A stretch of DNA of 62,416 nt, filler included. It is 3 parts of 3 records of this genome, joined end to end, with 100 filler letters (N's around TTAATTAATTAA, not from the genome) between each part and the next. Parts side by side here need not be neighbours in the genome. Positions count along the whole stretch, not along the records: positions 19,764 to 48,911 come from DRR723986_611; 2 more parts are not named here. The stretch is one strand, 5' to 3'. Made by a program: the position numbers and the translations under genes. Shown one piece after another: positions 32,362-41,609 of this stretch (position 1 is the stretch's first letter; every line of letters starts with the position of its first letter). The notes beneath the pieces were generated by a model. The model worked only from the letters and a program-made list of their open reading frames with translations, was not told the DNA's origin and did not search any database.

Positions 32362-33109
32362 ACGCACCGCTGGCAACGTTCACCGCCTGCGCAGCGGCGC
32401 AAGCAATGGCCTCTACGCCCTATTAACCTTGGTGCTTGCCGCCGGTCTTGCATGGCTGCTATCAGCGCAGCTCAACTACTTTTACGGCTTTTTTCACGAC
32501 CATATCGGCATCGCTGAAACCATCGCGGAATACGGCCCCCAAAATCGCTTTAAAGATGACTTTGAAACAACTGACCGAGCACAGCGCATCACGCTCTTTG
32601 CCGAGATTGTTCGCGCCGTGCACAGCGATGGTGAAGGCCTTAAGGAGATAAGCTATCGCGCCGCAGGGCGAACCCGCGCTGTCGCCCTGTTGCACGAGGC
32701 GGAAATTATCCACCTCCAAGATGTCGCGCATCTGATTGGTGCAACTCGCTTGCTCGTTATCCTTACCGCGATGGCCTGGACCGTTTGGACATTGGCAAAA
32801 ATACGCCGCAAGGCGCCCTTCCCGCCTCTGACTCAGCAACTGGGTAAATTGCTTGGCGTCTCTGTGTTAATAGCTGGCCTGCTGGGCGTTTTTGGCTTTG
32901 AAGCGGTGTTCTACCAACTGCATATTTGGGTGTTTCCGGCAGAGCACCAATGGTTTTTCTATTACCAAGACTCGCTGATGTCGACCATGATGCAAGCGCC
33001 GGTGTTATTTGCATATATTGGCGGCAGCATTGCGGCGCTCGGCGTTGCGCTGTTTTGCGCTATAACGGCGCTATTGCACCGTTATTCGCGCAAAAATGCG
33101 GGGAAGTAA
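32354..33109 (+). CDS. DUF1461 / Lit-like (lipoprotein intramolecular transacylase) membrane protein
   Basis: E..HLQDV, F...H.W.F...H.W.F....SLM motifs; 4 TM; 8-bp overlap with alr. Confidence 0.6.
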   Translation: MTKRTAGNVHRLRSGASNGLYALLTLVLAAGLAWLLSAQLNYFYGFFHDHIGIAETIAEYGPQNRFKDDFETTDRAQRITLFAEIVRAVHSDGEGLKEISYRAAGRTRAVALLHEAEIIHLQDVAHLIGATRLLVILTAMAWTVWTLAKIRRKAPFPPLTQQLGKLLGVSVLIAGLLGVFGFEAVFYQLHIWVFPAEHQWFFYYQDSLMSTMMQAPVLFAYIGGSIAALGVALFCAITALLHRYSRKNAGK

Positions 33110-33128
33110 GTCGTCGCGTTGGCAGGAT

Positions 33129-33995
33129 TTAAAAGGGCCAAAACGTCTCGGGTATTCGTCCCTGGCGCAGTAAAGAGGCCACATCCATACCAACCGCGAC
33201 ACCGGCATGAACGAAAAAGCCGCCCCAGATAGATCGCGAGCGCAGCGCCAATATACCCAGAAACAATCCAAACAGGATGGCACCCACCGCTTCAGGCCAC
33301 AGCTTCGGAAAGTGGATCATCAGATAGGGAACACACATTACCCAGATTGCGTTCGCACCGATGGCCGGACGCAAGCCCTGCAGCACAAAGCCGCGAAAAA
33401 AGAACTCTAGGCAGATAAACTGGGTGAGGTACAGAAGCTCCCAACTAATGAAGTCAAACCAGCTTCTACCCGCCTGTTTATAGAAGGGATAGTGCTGTAA
33501 AAAATCGGGCCGAAAACTGGCCAGGTAAATGAACACAAGAATTGGACTGAGCAACAGCAGATAGCCCTGCCAGTGCCGGTGGGTGTCCCCCCAGCCCCAG
33601 CCTAAATGGCGCATGCGCTCGCCCATTACGCGGCGAATTATCAGCCACGGCAGCAGCACGTAGCCAACCACATGCCAAGTGGTCCACCACAGGTAGGATA
33701 GCAACTCACCGTAGCCACTGCGACGCAGCTCCCACCACCAATAGTTCGGTGTACGCCCCTGCACTTCACTGAGCCACTGGAGCAGGGTTTGCAGGCTAGA
33801 GGAAAACTTTAAGTAGTGGATGAGTAGCAAACTCACGGACACACAGGCCAGCACCGCAAAAACCCGCCTGAGCGCCGCCGGGCGCGATAAACGGTAACTA
33901 TCTGCTTCGGCATCGATATCGTCGAGAAGAACGAGAATTCGCCGTGGGTTCAGGCGTTGCAATGCGCCAGATAAGCTAGCGCCTATACCGCTCAT
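33129..33995 (-). CDS. CPBP (CAAX/Abi) intramembrane metalloprotease
   Basis: LEFFFRG, IHF.K...E, SIWGG...H motifs; multi-TM. Confidence 0.8.
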   Translation of the reverse strand: MSGIGASLSGALQRLNPRRILVLLDDIDAEADSYRLSRPAALRRVFAVLACVSVSLLLIHYLKFSSSLQTLLQWLSEVQGRTPNYWWWELRRSGYGELLSYLWWTTWHVVGYVLLPWLIIRRVMGERMRHLGWGWGDTHRHWQGYLLLLSPILVFIYLASFRPDFLQHYPFYKQAGRSWFDFISWELLYLTQFICLEFFFRGFVLQGLRPAIGANAIWVMCVPYLMIHFPKLWPEAVGAILFGLFLGILALRSRSIWGGFFVHAGVAVGMDVASLLRQGRIPETFWPF

Positions 33996-35350
33996 TCGCG
34001 CGCTTCCGCTGAGCCATTGCTGCCCAGGCGCTCACGCGTCAATGCAAAAACCACCGGACTGAGCAGTAGCAATGCCAGCAAGTTCGGCAGCGCCATCAGC
34101 GCGTTCAGGGTATCGGCCAATAGCCAGATAAAATCGAGCTCCGCCATCGCGCCGAGGGGAATTGCCGCGACCCAGGCCAGGCGGAAGGCAAAAATAGCGT
34201 GAGTGCCAAAAAAATACACCACGCAGCGCTCGCCGTAGTAGGCCCAGCCCAGCATGGTGGTAAACGCAAAGACCGCCAAGCCCACGGACACAATAAAGTC
34301 ACCGCCGCCGATCAAGCTGTCGAAGGCCAACGCCGACAGCGCCGCGCCACTTTCGCCGCCCTGCCATGCCCCAGACAACAGAATGACAAAGCCAGTAATG
34401 CTGCACACCAAAATGGTATCGATGAAGGTGCCCAGCATGGCGATCAGGCCCTGGTTCACCGAGTTGTGTGTTCGTGCGGCGGCGTGGGCAATTGGCGCAC
34501 TGCCCAAGCCAGCCTCGTTGGAAAATATTCCCCGCGCCACACCAAAGCGTATCGCGGCCACCACACTCGCGCCGGCAAATCCACCAACCGCCGCCGCGCC
34601 ATTAAAGGCGGCATCGACTACCAGTAAGAACAGTGCCGGAATTTCGCTGATATTCATCGCAATAATAACGAGGCCCATCGCCATATACGCCACCGCCATG
34701 ACGGGCACTAGCACGCCGGCAACCGAGGCGATGCGCTTCACCCCGCCCAACACCACCAGCGCAACCGCTGTTGCCAGCACCGCGCCGGTTACCCATACCG
34801 GCAGAGAAAACGTGGCGTGAAGCGCATCGGCCACAGAGTTAGCCTGAACCGTATTGCCAATGCCAAAGCCCGCAAAAACACCGAAAAATGCAAAGGTTGC
34901 CGCCAGCCAACGCCACTTTGGCCCCAGACCATTTTTTATGTAATACATCGGGCCGCCGCTGAAGTTGCCCTGCTCGTCTTGTTCGCGATAGTGCACGGCA
35001 CAGACCGCCTCGGCATACTTGGTTGCCATACCCACCAATGCTGTGCACCACATCCAAAACAGCGCACCGGGACCGCCGAGCGCGATCGCTGTGGCAACAC
35101 CGGCGATATTGCCGGTGCCGATCGTTGCTGATAAGGAGGTCATTAAGGCCTGAAAGGGACTGATATCGCCGCTGTCCTGCTCGCCTTTGCGACCGCGAAA
35201 TAACAGACCAAAGGCCTGGGGGATTCTGCGCAGTGGCATAAAGCCCAGCCCCAACATCAGGTAGGCCCCGGTGCCGAGAATAAGAATAAGCATGGGCCAG
35301 CCCCACACCAGACCATTGAGGCCGCCAATGACCGATGTAATTGTTTCCAT
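33992..35350 (-). CDS. Sodium:alanine/glycine symporter (AGCS)
   Basis: IGTGNIAGVA, GGPGALFWMW, GGPMYYI, RGIFSNEAGLGS, FIDT..VC. Confidence 0.93.
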   Translation of the reverse strand: METITSVIGGLNGLVWGWPMLILILGTGAYLMLGLGFMPLRRIPQAFGLLFRGRKGEQDSGDISPFQALMTSLSATIGTGNIAGVATAIALGGPGALFWMWCTALVGMATKYAEAVCAVHYREQDEQGNFSGGPMYYIKNGLGPKWRWLAATFAFFGVFAGFGIGNTVQANSVADALHATFSLPVWVTGAVLATAVALVVLGGVKRIASVAGVLVPVMAVAYMAMGLVIIAMNISEIPALFLLVVDAAFNGAAAVGGFAGASVVAAIRFGVARGIFSNEAGLGSAPIAHAAARTHNSVNQGLIAMLGTFIDTILVCSITGFVILLSGAWQGGESGAALSALAFDSLIGGGDFIVSVGLAVFAFTTMLGWAYYGERCVVYFFGTHAIFAFRLAWVAAIPLGAMAELDFIWLLADTLNALMALPNLLALLLLSPVVFALTRERLGSNGSAEARE

Positions 35351-35422
35351 AGCGCTACCTTATCGTTGTTATTGGGTCGCGGTGCATAGTCGCTGCTGGC
35401 CCGCTAATAGCAGGCCAAATAG

Positions 35423-36433
35423 TCATCCACCCAATGAAGTAAAATGCTGCCGATGCGGGAAGACGCCAAAAATGCCGCCGGTATGCACAAAGACGATGTC
35501 CCCATCGTCACCAAAGCGGCCGTTGTCGCGCTCTTCCAGCAACGCATGAAAGGCCTTCCCTGTGTACACAGGGTCCAGAATAAGGCCCTCGGTCGCGGCA
35601 AGGTCAGCGATGGTTTGATAAACCTTTTCGTCGGCCAACGCATAGCCCGGCCCAACGTAACCATCGATAACACTCACCTGTAAGTCGTCCAATGCGACGT
35701 CTAAGTCGTAACGATGCTGCCAATCATGCAGGTCTTGGGCCACTTTATTTAAGAACCACGCTTCATCGTCGCAGACATTCACGCCCCACACGCGGCTACC
35801 GGCCAGGTAATAGTGGGCTCCAGCGGTCAAGCCAGCCTGGGTGCCGCCGGAGCCGGTTGCGCAGATAATATGGCGTGGACGAATGTCGTGGTGGCGAAAA
35901 TCGTCGGCTAACTCAGCACACGCCGAGAAATAGCCCCAAACCCCCACCGCATCGGATGCGCCGGTGGGTATGATAAACGCGCGCCGCCCTCTGCCGGCGT
36001 AGTACTGCTGCCACTGCGTGAGTAACTGCGGCAGCTGAGCCTGAAATTGCTTGGCGGGATAAGCCGAAATCTGGGCGCCCGCTAATTGGTCGAGCAGTAA
36101 ATTTCCATCGGCATGCTCGGGCTTCTCGCCGCGCAGTAGCAGGTGGCACTTCAAACCGAGCTGAGCGCACAGCAAGGCGGCGGCCCGACAATGGTTGGAC
36201 TGTAAGCCACCACAGGTAATGATGGTGTCACAGCCCTCTTCCAACGCCTGCGCCAAACTGAATTCCAGCTTGCGTATTTTATTGCCAGACAGTGCGCAGC
36301 CCGTTAGGTCGTCGCGCTTTACCCAAATGCGCGGACCAGGACGAGCTTCCTGCAGGCGTGTCAGAGGCTGGAGCGGTGTTGGTAGATTGGCTAGGCCCAG
36401 ACGTGGGGGCGTGAACTGAGTCGGGATAGTCAT
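35423..36433 (-). CDS. D-cysteine desulfhydrase / ACC deaminase-family PLP enzyme
   Basis: KRDDL....SGNKIRKLE, QSNHCR, GSGGT.AG, LDPVYTGKA, HTGG. Confidence 0.9.
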   Translation of the reverse strand: MTIPTQFTPPRLGLANLPTPLQPLTRLQEARPGPRIWVKRDDLTGCALSGNKIRKLEFSLAQALEEGCDTIITCGGLQSNHCRAAALLCAQLGLKCHLLLRGEKPEHADGNLLLDQLAGAQISAYPAKQFQAQLPQLLTQWQQYYAGRGRRAFIIPTGASDAVGVWGYFSACAELADDFRHHDIRPRHIICATGSGGTQAGLTAGAHYYLAGSRVWGVNVCDDEAWFLNKVAQDLHDWQHRYDLDVALDDLQVSVIDGYVGPGYALADEKVYQTIADLAATEGLILDPVYTGKAFHALLEERDNGRFGDDGDIVFVHTGGIFGVFPHRQHFTSLGG

Positions 36434-36469
36434 GTAAAACCCGCAATCGCTCGTTTATGACGTGAAATG

Positions 36470-36497
36470 AAAACGGGGCGCTTGATGCGCCCCGTTT
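36470..36497 (-). terminator. Intrinsic terminator after yajC
   Basis: AAACGGGGCGC-TTGAT-GCGCCCCGTTT hairpin, T-run on the minus strand. Confidence 0.75.
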
Positions 36498-36503
36498 ACG
36501 GTA

Positions 36504-36842
36504 TTAAATGGCTTTGAGCGTGCCCTTGGGCAGCACTGCATGCACGGCAACGCGCTGGAACTTCAGCTCTACGTTGTCCGCAACACTCAACACAACATAG
36601 TCATCGTCAAGCTTGGTGACTTTGCCGAGAATACCCGCACTGGTAACCACCTCGTCGCCTTTTGCCAGAGCGGCGACCATTGCCGCGTGCTCTTTTTGAC
36701 GCTTGCGCTGAGGACGAATCGCAATGAAGTAAAAAAGGCCGAACATCAGCACCAGAAAGCCGATCTGGAACAACTCACCGCCCGGAGGGGCGCCTGCAGC
36801 GCCAGCAGTTTGTGCGTGGGCTTGAGAGATAAAAAAGCTCAT
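36504..36842 (-). CDS. yajC: Preprotein translocase subunit YajC
   Basis: FYF..IRPQRKRQKEH, KGDEVVT..GI.G, VLPKGT. Confidence 0.95.
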   Translation of the reverse strand: MSFFISQAHAQTAGAAGAPPGGELFQIGFLVLMFGLFYFIAIRPQRKRQKEHAAMVAALAKGDEVVTSAGILGKVTKLDDDYVVLSVADNVELKFQRVAVHAVLPKGTLKAI

Positions 36843-36939
36843 CGTGTTTCCTTAAACAAAACTAAAAAAGCCGGGCGAAAGCCCTCAATTTGGGCTGCTC
36901 AGCAGATCCCGAGCGAAATATAGTACACAAGGCCCAGAT

Positions 36940-37713
36940 TCAAAGCGAGATGTCATAGTCCATTATAAAAGGCGCATGATCGGAAAAGCGTTCTTCGCGG
37001 TACACCCAGCCATCGCGAATGCTATTGATGAGCCCGGGAGTGACCACATGGTAGTCGAGTCGCCAACCAACATTGTTGGCATAGGCCTGTCCTCGGTTTG
37101 ACCACCAGGTGTATACCGCCTCGGTGTTAATCTGCCGAAAGGCGTCAACAAAACCCGCTTCGTCATAAAGCTTATCCAGCCACGCCCGCTCGTGGGGCAA
37201 AAAGCCTGAATTTTTGCGATTCGCGCGCCAGTTTTTTAGGTCAATTTCGCGGTGGCACATATTCCAGTCGCCACAAATGATCAGCTCCCTGCCCTGGGCT
37301 TTTAGCTCGACAAAATGCGGGTAAATCTTTTCCAGAAAATCATCTTTCTTTTGCTGCGCAGCGTCACTGCTTGAGCCGGAGGGCATGTAAAGAGAGATAA
37401 CACTGAGCTTGTCGTAATCGGCTCTGACATACCGCCCCTCGCTGTCCAGCGGGTCCCAGCCCAGCTCGCAAACAAAGCGTTGTGGCGGCGTGCGACAATA
37501 AATGGCCGTGCCGCTATACCCTTTCTTGTGCGCATCATTGAAGGCCGATACATAACCCTGGGGGTGGAACAGTGGGTCACTTAGCTGGTGTTGCTGGGCC
37601 TTGGTTTCCTGAATACAAACCACATCAGCCTGCTGAGTTTCCAGCCAGGAAAAGAAACCCTTGCGAGCTGCTGCTCGAATACCGTTGGTGTTTACGGTAA
37701 TTACGCGCACCAC
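36940..37713 (-). CDS. xth: Exodeoxyribonuclease III family AP endonuclease
   Basis: NTNGIRAA, CIQETK, KGYSG, EGR, CGDWN, YTWWS.R, GWRLDY, SDHAP. Confidence 0.9.
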   Translation of the reverse strand: MVRVITVNTNGIRAAARKGFFSWLETQQADVVCIQETKAQQHQLSDPLFHPQGYVSAFNDAHKKGYSGTAIYCRTPPQRFVCELGWDPLDSEGRYVRADYDKLSVISLYMPSGSSSDAAQQKKDDFLEKIYPHFVELKAQGRELIICGDWNMCHREIDLKNWRANRKNSGFLPHERAWLDKLYDEAGFVDAFRQINTEAVYTWWSNRGQAYANNVGWRLDYHVVTPGLINSIRDGWVYREERFSDHAPFIMDYDISL

Positions 37714-37914
37714 GTACCCTCCAAAAAATGGCCGAGCTTAGCAGACCCGGCCTGCCGGCAAGTACTGCTGTACATTTTTTTTCACCAAATTCAATGTTTT
37801 GAAGCCATATAACGTCACCCATACAGAGCATGTTGTTCCGCGTCGCTTACCCTAGAATCAGGGTCGATAACAACCGCATTGCGGCAACATAAAGACCAAA
37901 CAGGAACATTCGCT

Positions 37915-38394
37915 ATGAACGCCAGCTCCGCTGACCAACTCTTACAGATCGAGGCGATTAAACGTCTCAAATATGTTTACTTGCGCGCAGTAGATACCCA
38001 CGACTGGCAATTATTGGAAAGCACGCTCAGTGAAGACTGCGTTGCCCGCTACGACGGCGGCAAATATAGCTTCGACAACCGCAGCGAACTCATCGCTGGT
38101 CTGCGCGGCCACATGGATAGCCCCAATGTACTAACCATGCACAATGGCCACCACCCTGAAATCGAGTTGCTCAGCGAAAGTGAGGCACGCGGAAAGTGGT
38201 ACCTGCAGGACCTCGTGTTCAATAAAGAGCAAAACTGGATGTTGTTTGGCACGGCCATCTACACGGATCACTATCGCCTGGAAAATGGTGAGTGGAAAAT
38301 TTGCCGAACGGAATATGAGCGGATAATGGAAACCATCAATGCGCCGATTCCATCGACCCTGAGCTTTACCCACAGTATGTTTGAAAAGAAATAG
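37915..38394 (+). CDS. SnoaL/NTF2-like protein
   Basis: IE.IKRLKY.Y.R.VD..DW, H..HHPEI, Y.D.Y....GEWKI. Confidence 0.8.
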   Translation: MNASSADQLLQIEAIKRLKYVYLRAVDTHDWQLLESTLSEDCVARYDGGKYSFDNRSELIAGLRGHMDSPNVLTMHNGHHPEIELLSESEARGKWYLQDLVFNKEQNWMLFGTAIYTDHYRLENGEWKICRTEYERIMETINAPIPSTLSFTHSMFEKK

Positions 38395-38406
38395 GCAACC
38401 CAGACT

Positions 38407-40125
38407 ATGACCAATATTGCTCAAACGCTTCGCGACTGCCAAAACCAGCTCTGCGCCCCGGGTGCCCCCTATGAGATGGAAGACTGTGTGGTAAACGGGC
38501 AGCATTTCCGTCAGTTCAAGCAGGCACCATCGAGCATGCGTGAACTGCTCGATGCCGGCCGCCAGTATGGAGACGGGGAATTTCTGGTGTATGCCGAGCC
38601 GGGCAAGCCAGAAGAGCGGCGCAGCTTCGCACAATTTTTTCAGCGGGTAGACGCACTCGCCTACCAGCTTGTCCACCACTATCAACTCAAACAGGGCCAG
38701 CGTATCGCGATCGCCATGCGCAACTATCCAGAGTGGATGGAGGCCTACACAGCTATCGCGTCACTCGGTGCTATTGTGGTGCCACTGAATAGCTGGGGCA
38801 GCGCTGAAGAATTGGAGTTTGTACTGCGCGATAGCGCCGCTGACATTGTCTTCTGCGACGCTCGCCGTCTCGAGCTGCTCACACCGATGCTGGCCGATCT
38901 GCCCTGCCGCGCCATCGTTGCACGCAGCCAGGCCAGTGAACATGCCGAAAGTATGGAAGCGCTTATCGCCGGCGCAATGGGCCAAGCCATGCCGCAGCCC
39001 TGGCAATGCCAGCTGGATGACCCTGTACAAATCATGTACAGCTCTGGCACCAGTGGTAAGCCCAAGGGAGCACTTTCGAGTCATCGCAATATCATCCAGG
39101 CGATTATCAGCTTTGAGGTACAGGCCATCATGTCAGCGATGGCCAACCCGAAGGCGATCGAGGCGATGTTTGCCGGCGGCAATGCTCCCTGCTCACTGCT
39201 ATCAGTGCCGCTATTTCACGTTTCCGGCTGCTATGCCGCCTTTCTGCTGAACCTTCGCGGCGGTCGCAAAATTGTGATGACCTATAAATGGGACGCCGCC
39301 GAGGCCCTGCGTTTGATTGAGCAGGAGACCGTCACGATATTCAGCGCAGCCCCCTCCATGGTGATAGACCTGCTGCAACACCCGGACTTCGACAAACGCG
39401 ACACCAGTAGTTTGTTTTCTCTCGGTGGCGGCGGCAGCGCCTGTCCACCGACGTTTAAACGCGTGATTGACGAGCGTTTTGAACAAGCCTACGTGGGCAC
39501 CGGCTACGGCATGACGGAAAGCAACGCGATCTGCTCCAGCTGCACCGGCGCTGCCTACGAAGAAAAGCCCGGCGCCGCTGGAACATTGTCCCCCCTGGTC
39601 GACTTTAAAACCTGCGACGAGGAAGGCCGCGACCTCCCGCCGGGGGAAAAGGGGGAAATCTGGCTGCGCTCAGTGTGTAATATCCAGTCTTACTGGCACC
39701 GTCCTGAAGCAACCGCCAGCCAGTTTAAAGATGGCTGGATGGCCACCGGCGATATCGGATTCCTAGACGAAGACGGCTTCGTTCATCTCGCGGACCGCGC
39801 CAAAGACTTGATTATTCGCGGCGGGGAAAATATCTATCCAGCGGAAATTGAGACACTGCTAAGCCGCCACCCAGCGGTTCTTGAATCCGCAGTTATCGGC
39901 GTACCGGATGAGCGTATGGGAGAATCGGTAGCCGCCCTGGTCAGGCTGAATGACGGCGAAACGCTCACGGAAAATGCCCTGCTATCCTTTTTACGCGAGC
40001 AATTGGCCGGCTTTAAAGTGCCCTCGGCGCTGCACTTCGTACCACAGCCCCTGCCCCGCAATGCCGCAGGCAAGCTGCTGAAAAAGCAAATTAAGGAGGA
40101 GTACGCTACACTGGCGAAGGTTTAA
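38407..40125 (+). CDS. Long-chain acyl-CoA synthetase (class I adenylate-forming)
   Basis: YSSGTSGKPKG, PLFHV, GYGMTE, TGDIG, DRAKD.IIRGGENIY, GKLLK. Confidence 0.92.
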   Translation: MTNIAQTLRDCQNQLCAPGAPYEMEDCVVNGQHFRQFKQAPSSMRELLDAGRQYGDGEFLVYAEPGKPEERRSFAQFFQRVDALAYQLVHHYQLKQGQRIAIAMRNYPEWMEAYTAIASLGAIVVPLNSWGSAEELEFVLRDSAADIVFCDARRLELLTPMLADLPCRAIVARSQASEHAESMEALIAGAMGQAMPQPWQCQLDDPVQIMYSSGTSGKPKGALSSHRNIIQAIISFEVQAIMSAMANPKAIEAMFAGGNAPCSLLSVPLFHVSGCYAAFLLNLRGGRKIVMTYKWDAAEALRLIEQETVTIFSAAPSMVIDLLQHPDFDKRDTSSLFSLGGGGSACPPTFKRVIDERFEQAYVGTGYGMTESNAICSSCTGAAYEEKPGAAGTLSPLVDFKTCDEEGRDLPPGEKGEIWLRSVCNIQSYWHRPEATASQFKDGWMATGDIGFLDEDGFVHLADRAKDLIIRGGENIYPAEIETLLSRHPAVLESAVIGVPDERMGESVAALVRLNDGETLTENALLSFLREQLAGFKVPSALHFVPQPLPRNAAGKLLKKQIKEEYATLAKV

Positions 40126-40169
40126 GTTCTCACGCCCGGCTAACGGCCGGGCCACCCTTCGGAGCGCTA

Positions 40170-40595
40170 ATGAAATTTTTCTCCGAGCGCCGGGCGCGCA
40201 AGATTCTTGAAGACGGGGCCGACGATGCCCAGCAAGAACAGCTGGAAGCCACCCTGAAAAACCGGCGGCGCATTCTCGACAAAGTCCTCACTAACGCCTC
40301 ACTGGCCCCTTACCTGGAACAAGTGAAAACCCTGTTTCAACTCGTGCAAGACTATGCTCGGGGCAATTATCGGGAAATACCCTGGTGGTCCATCGGCGCG
40401 GTCATTACAGCCCTTGGTTATATTTTAATGCCATTGGACAGCATCCCGGACTTCATTCCTGTAGCGGGCTATCTGGATGACGCCGTGGTGTTAAAACTGT
40501 GTTTAGACATGATCGCCCGGGACCTTCAGCAGTACCGTCTGAGTAAAGATGAGGCCGAGCAACAGGGCGAAATAAGCAACGAAGACACCGATTAA
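40170..40595 (+). CDS. YkvA/DUF1232 membrane protein
   Basis: YILMPLDSIPDFIPVAGYLDD signature. Confidence 0.88.
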   Translation: MKFFSERRARKILEDGADDAQQEQLEATLKNRRRILDKVLTNASLAPYLEQVKTLFQLVQDYARGNYREIPWWSIGAVITALGYILMPLDSIPDFIPVAGYLDDAVVLKLCLDMIARDLQQYRLSKDEAEQQGEISNEDTD

Positions 40596-41038
40596 TCGTC
40601 AGGCAGGTCACCGGCGAGAATGAAATTGAGGTCAGCGGGCGGTGGTTCGTCATTGAGTACGCTCTGGCAATAACGCACCGCCTCCTCCACGGTATCGCAG
40701 GCGACATAGGTCATTCCCGAGTCGGCGTAGGAAAAGTCCAGCGCTTTTAAGTCAACCGAGTTGCAGCCGACATAAACCTGGTCAACACAGCCTTGTAACT
40801 GGCACCAGAGCGACAACTTCGGCTGCGCCGCGGTGACTTCCGGGGTATGAAGGTCGTAATCGCGATAATCCACCACTCGACACCACGGCTGCTTGTCATA
40901 GCAGGCAACCACGCGCTCCAATTCTTGGAAATACGCCATGGCGCCCTCTATATTCCAGGCCCCGCGCAAGGTGGCAATAACGATATTGCCCTGAGTTTCT
41001 ACGGAAAAAGAACCGTGTGCGTCGCTGCTCATCGGCAT
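40592..41038 (-). CDS. Hypothetical protein (STAS/SEC14-like fold possible)
   Basis: G.WN.E motif and AGGAG RBS; family call is tentative. Confidence 0.55.
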   Translation of the reverse strand: MPMSSDAHGSFSVETQGNIVIATLRGAWNIEGAMAYFQELERVVACYDKQPWCRVVDYRDYDLHTPEVTAAQPKLSLWCQLQGCVDQVYVGCNSVDLKALDFSYADSGMTYVACDTVEEAVRYCQSVLNDEPPPADLNFILAGDLPDD

Positions 41039-41104
41039 CTCCTGTGACGTTACCTCTTTATAGCAAGCCCACAGAACCTTGCCTATGCGTATTTATGCGC
41101 GGTT

Positions 41105-41599
41105 TCAGCCTAAATCCAGCTCATCGAGCAAGCTGATAACGTCGTCGTGATGGCGCTTGGTATTCACTTTTTCCATCACATGTTTTAAGCGGCCATCTTT
41201 GCCAATAATAAAGGTCGTACGCAAAATACCATCGTACTCACGCCCCATGAACTTCTTGAGGCCCCAGGCGCCGTACTTGTCCGCTATAGCGTGGTCTTCA
41301 TCAGACAACAGGGTAAAGTTTAATGGCGCCTCTTCCTTCTTGGGGTTTTCTTCAAATTTCTTCAATTTCGCAACCGGGTCGGGGCTAACAGCCAGCACCA
41401 CGGTGTCTCGCTTAGCAAATTCTTTCTGCGTGTCACGAATACCGCAGGCCTGCACGGTGCAACCCGGGGTCTTCGCTTTGGGGTAAAAATACAAAACGAC
41501 ATTTTTACTACCCTTGAAATCTTTCAAGCTGACTTTGTCGCCATTTTGATCTTGCAACGTAAAGGCGGGAGCCATATTACCGATTTTGGGGAACGCCAT
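41105..41599 (-). CDS. bcp: Thioredoxin-dependent peroxiredoxin Bcp
   Basis: YFYPKAKTPGCTVQAC, LLSDEDH, RTTFII. Confidence 0.93.
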   Translation of the reverse strand: MAFPKIGNMAPAFTLQDQNGDKVSLKDFKGSKNVVLYFYPKAKTPGCTVQACGIRDTQKEFAKRDTVVLAVSPDPVAKLKKFEENPKKEEAPLNFTLLSDEDHAIADKYGAWGLKKFMGREYDGILRTTFIIGKDGRLKHVMEKVNTKRHHDDVISLLDELDLG

Positions 41600-41609
41600 G
41601 ATTTACTCC

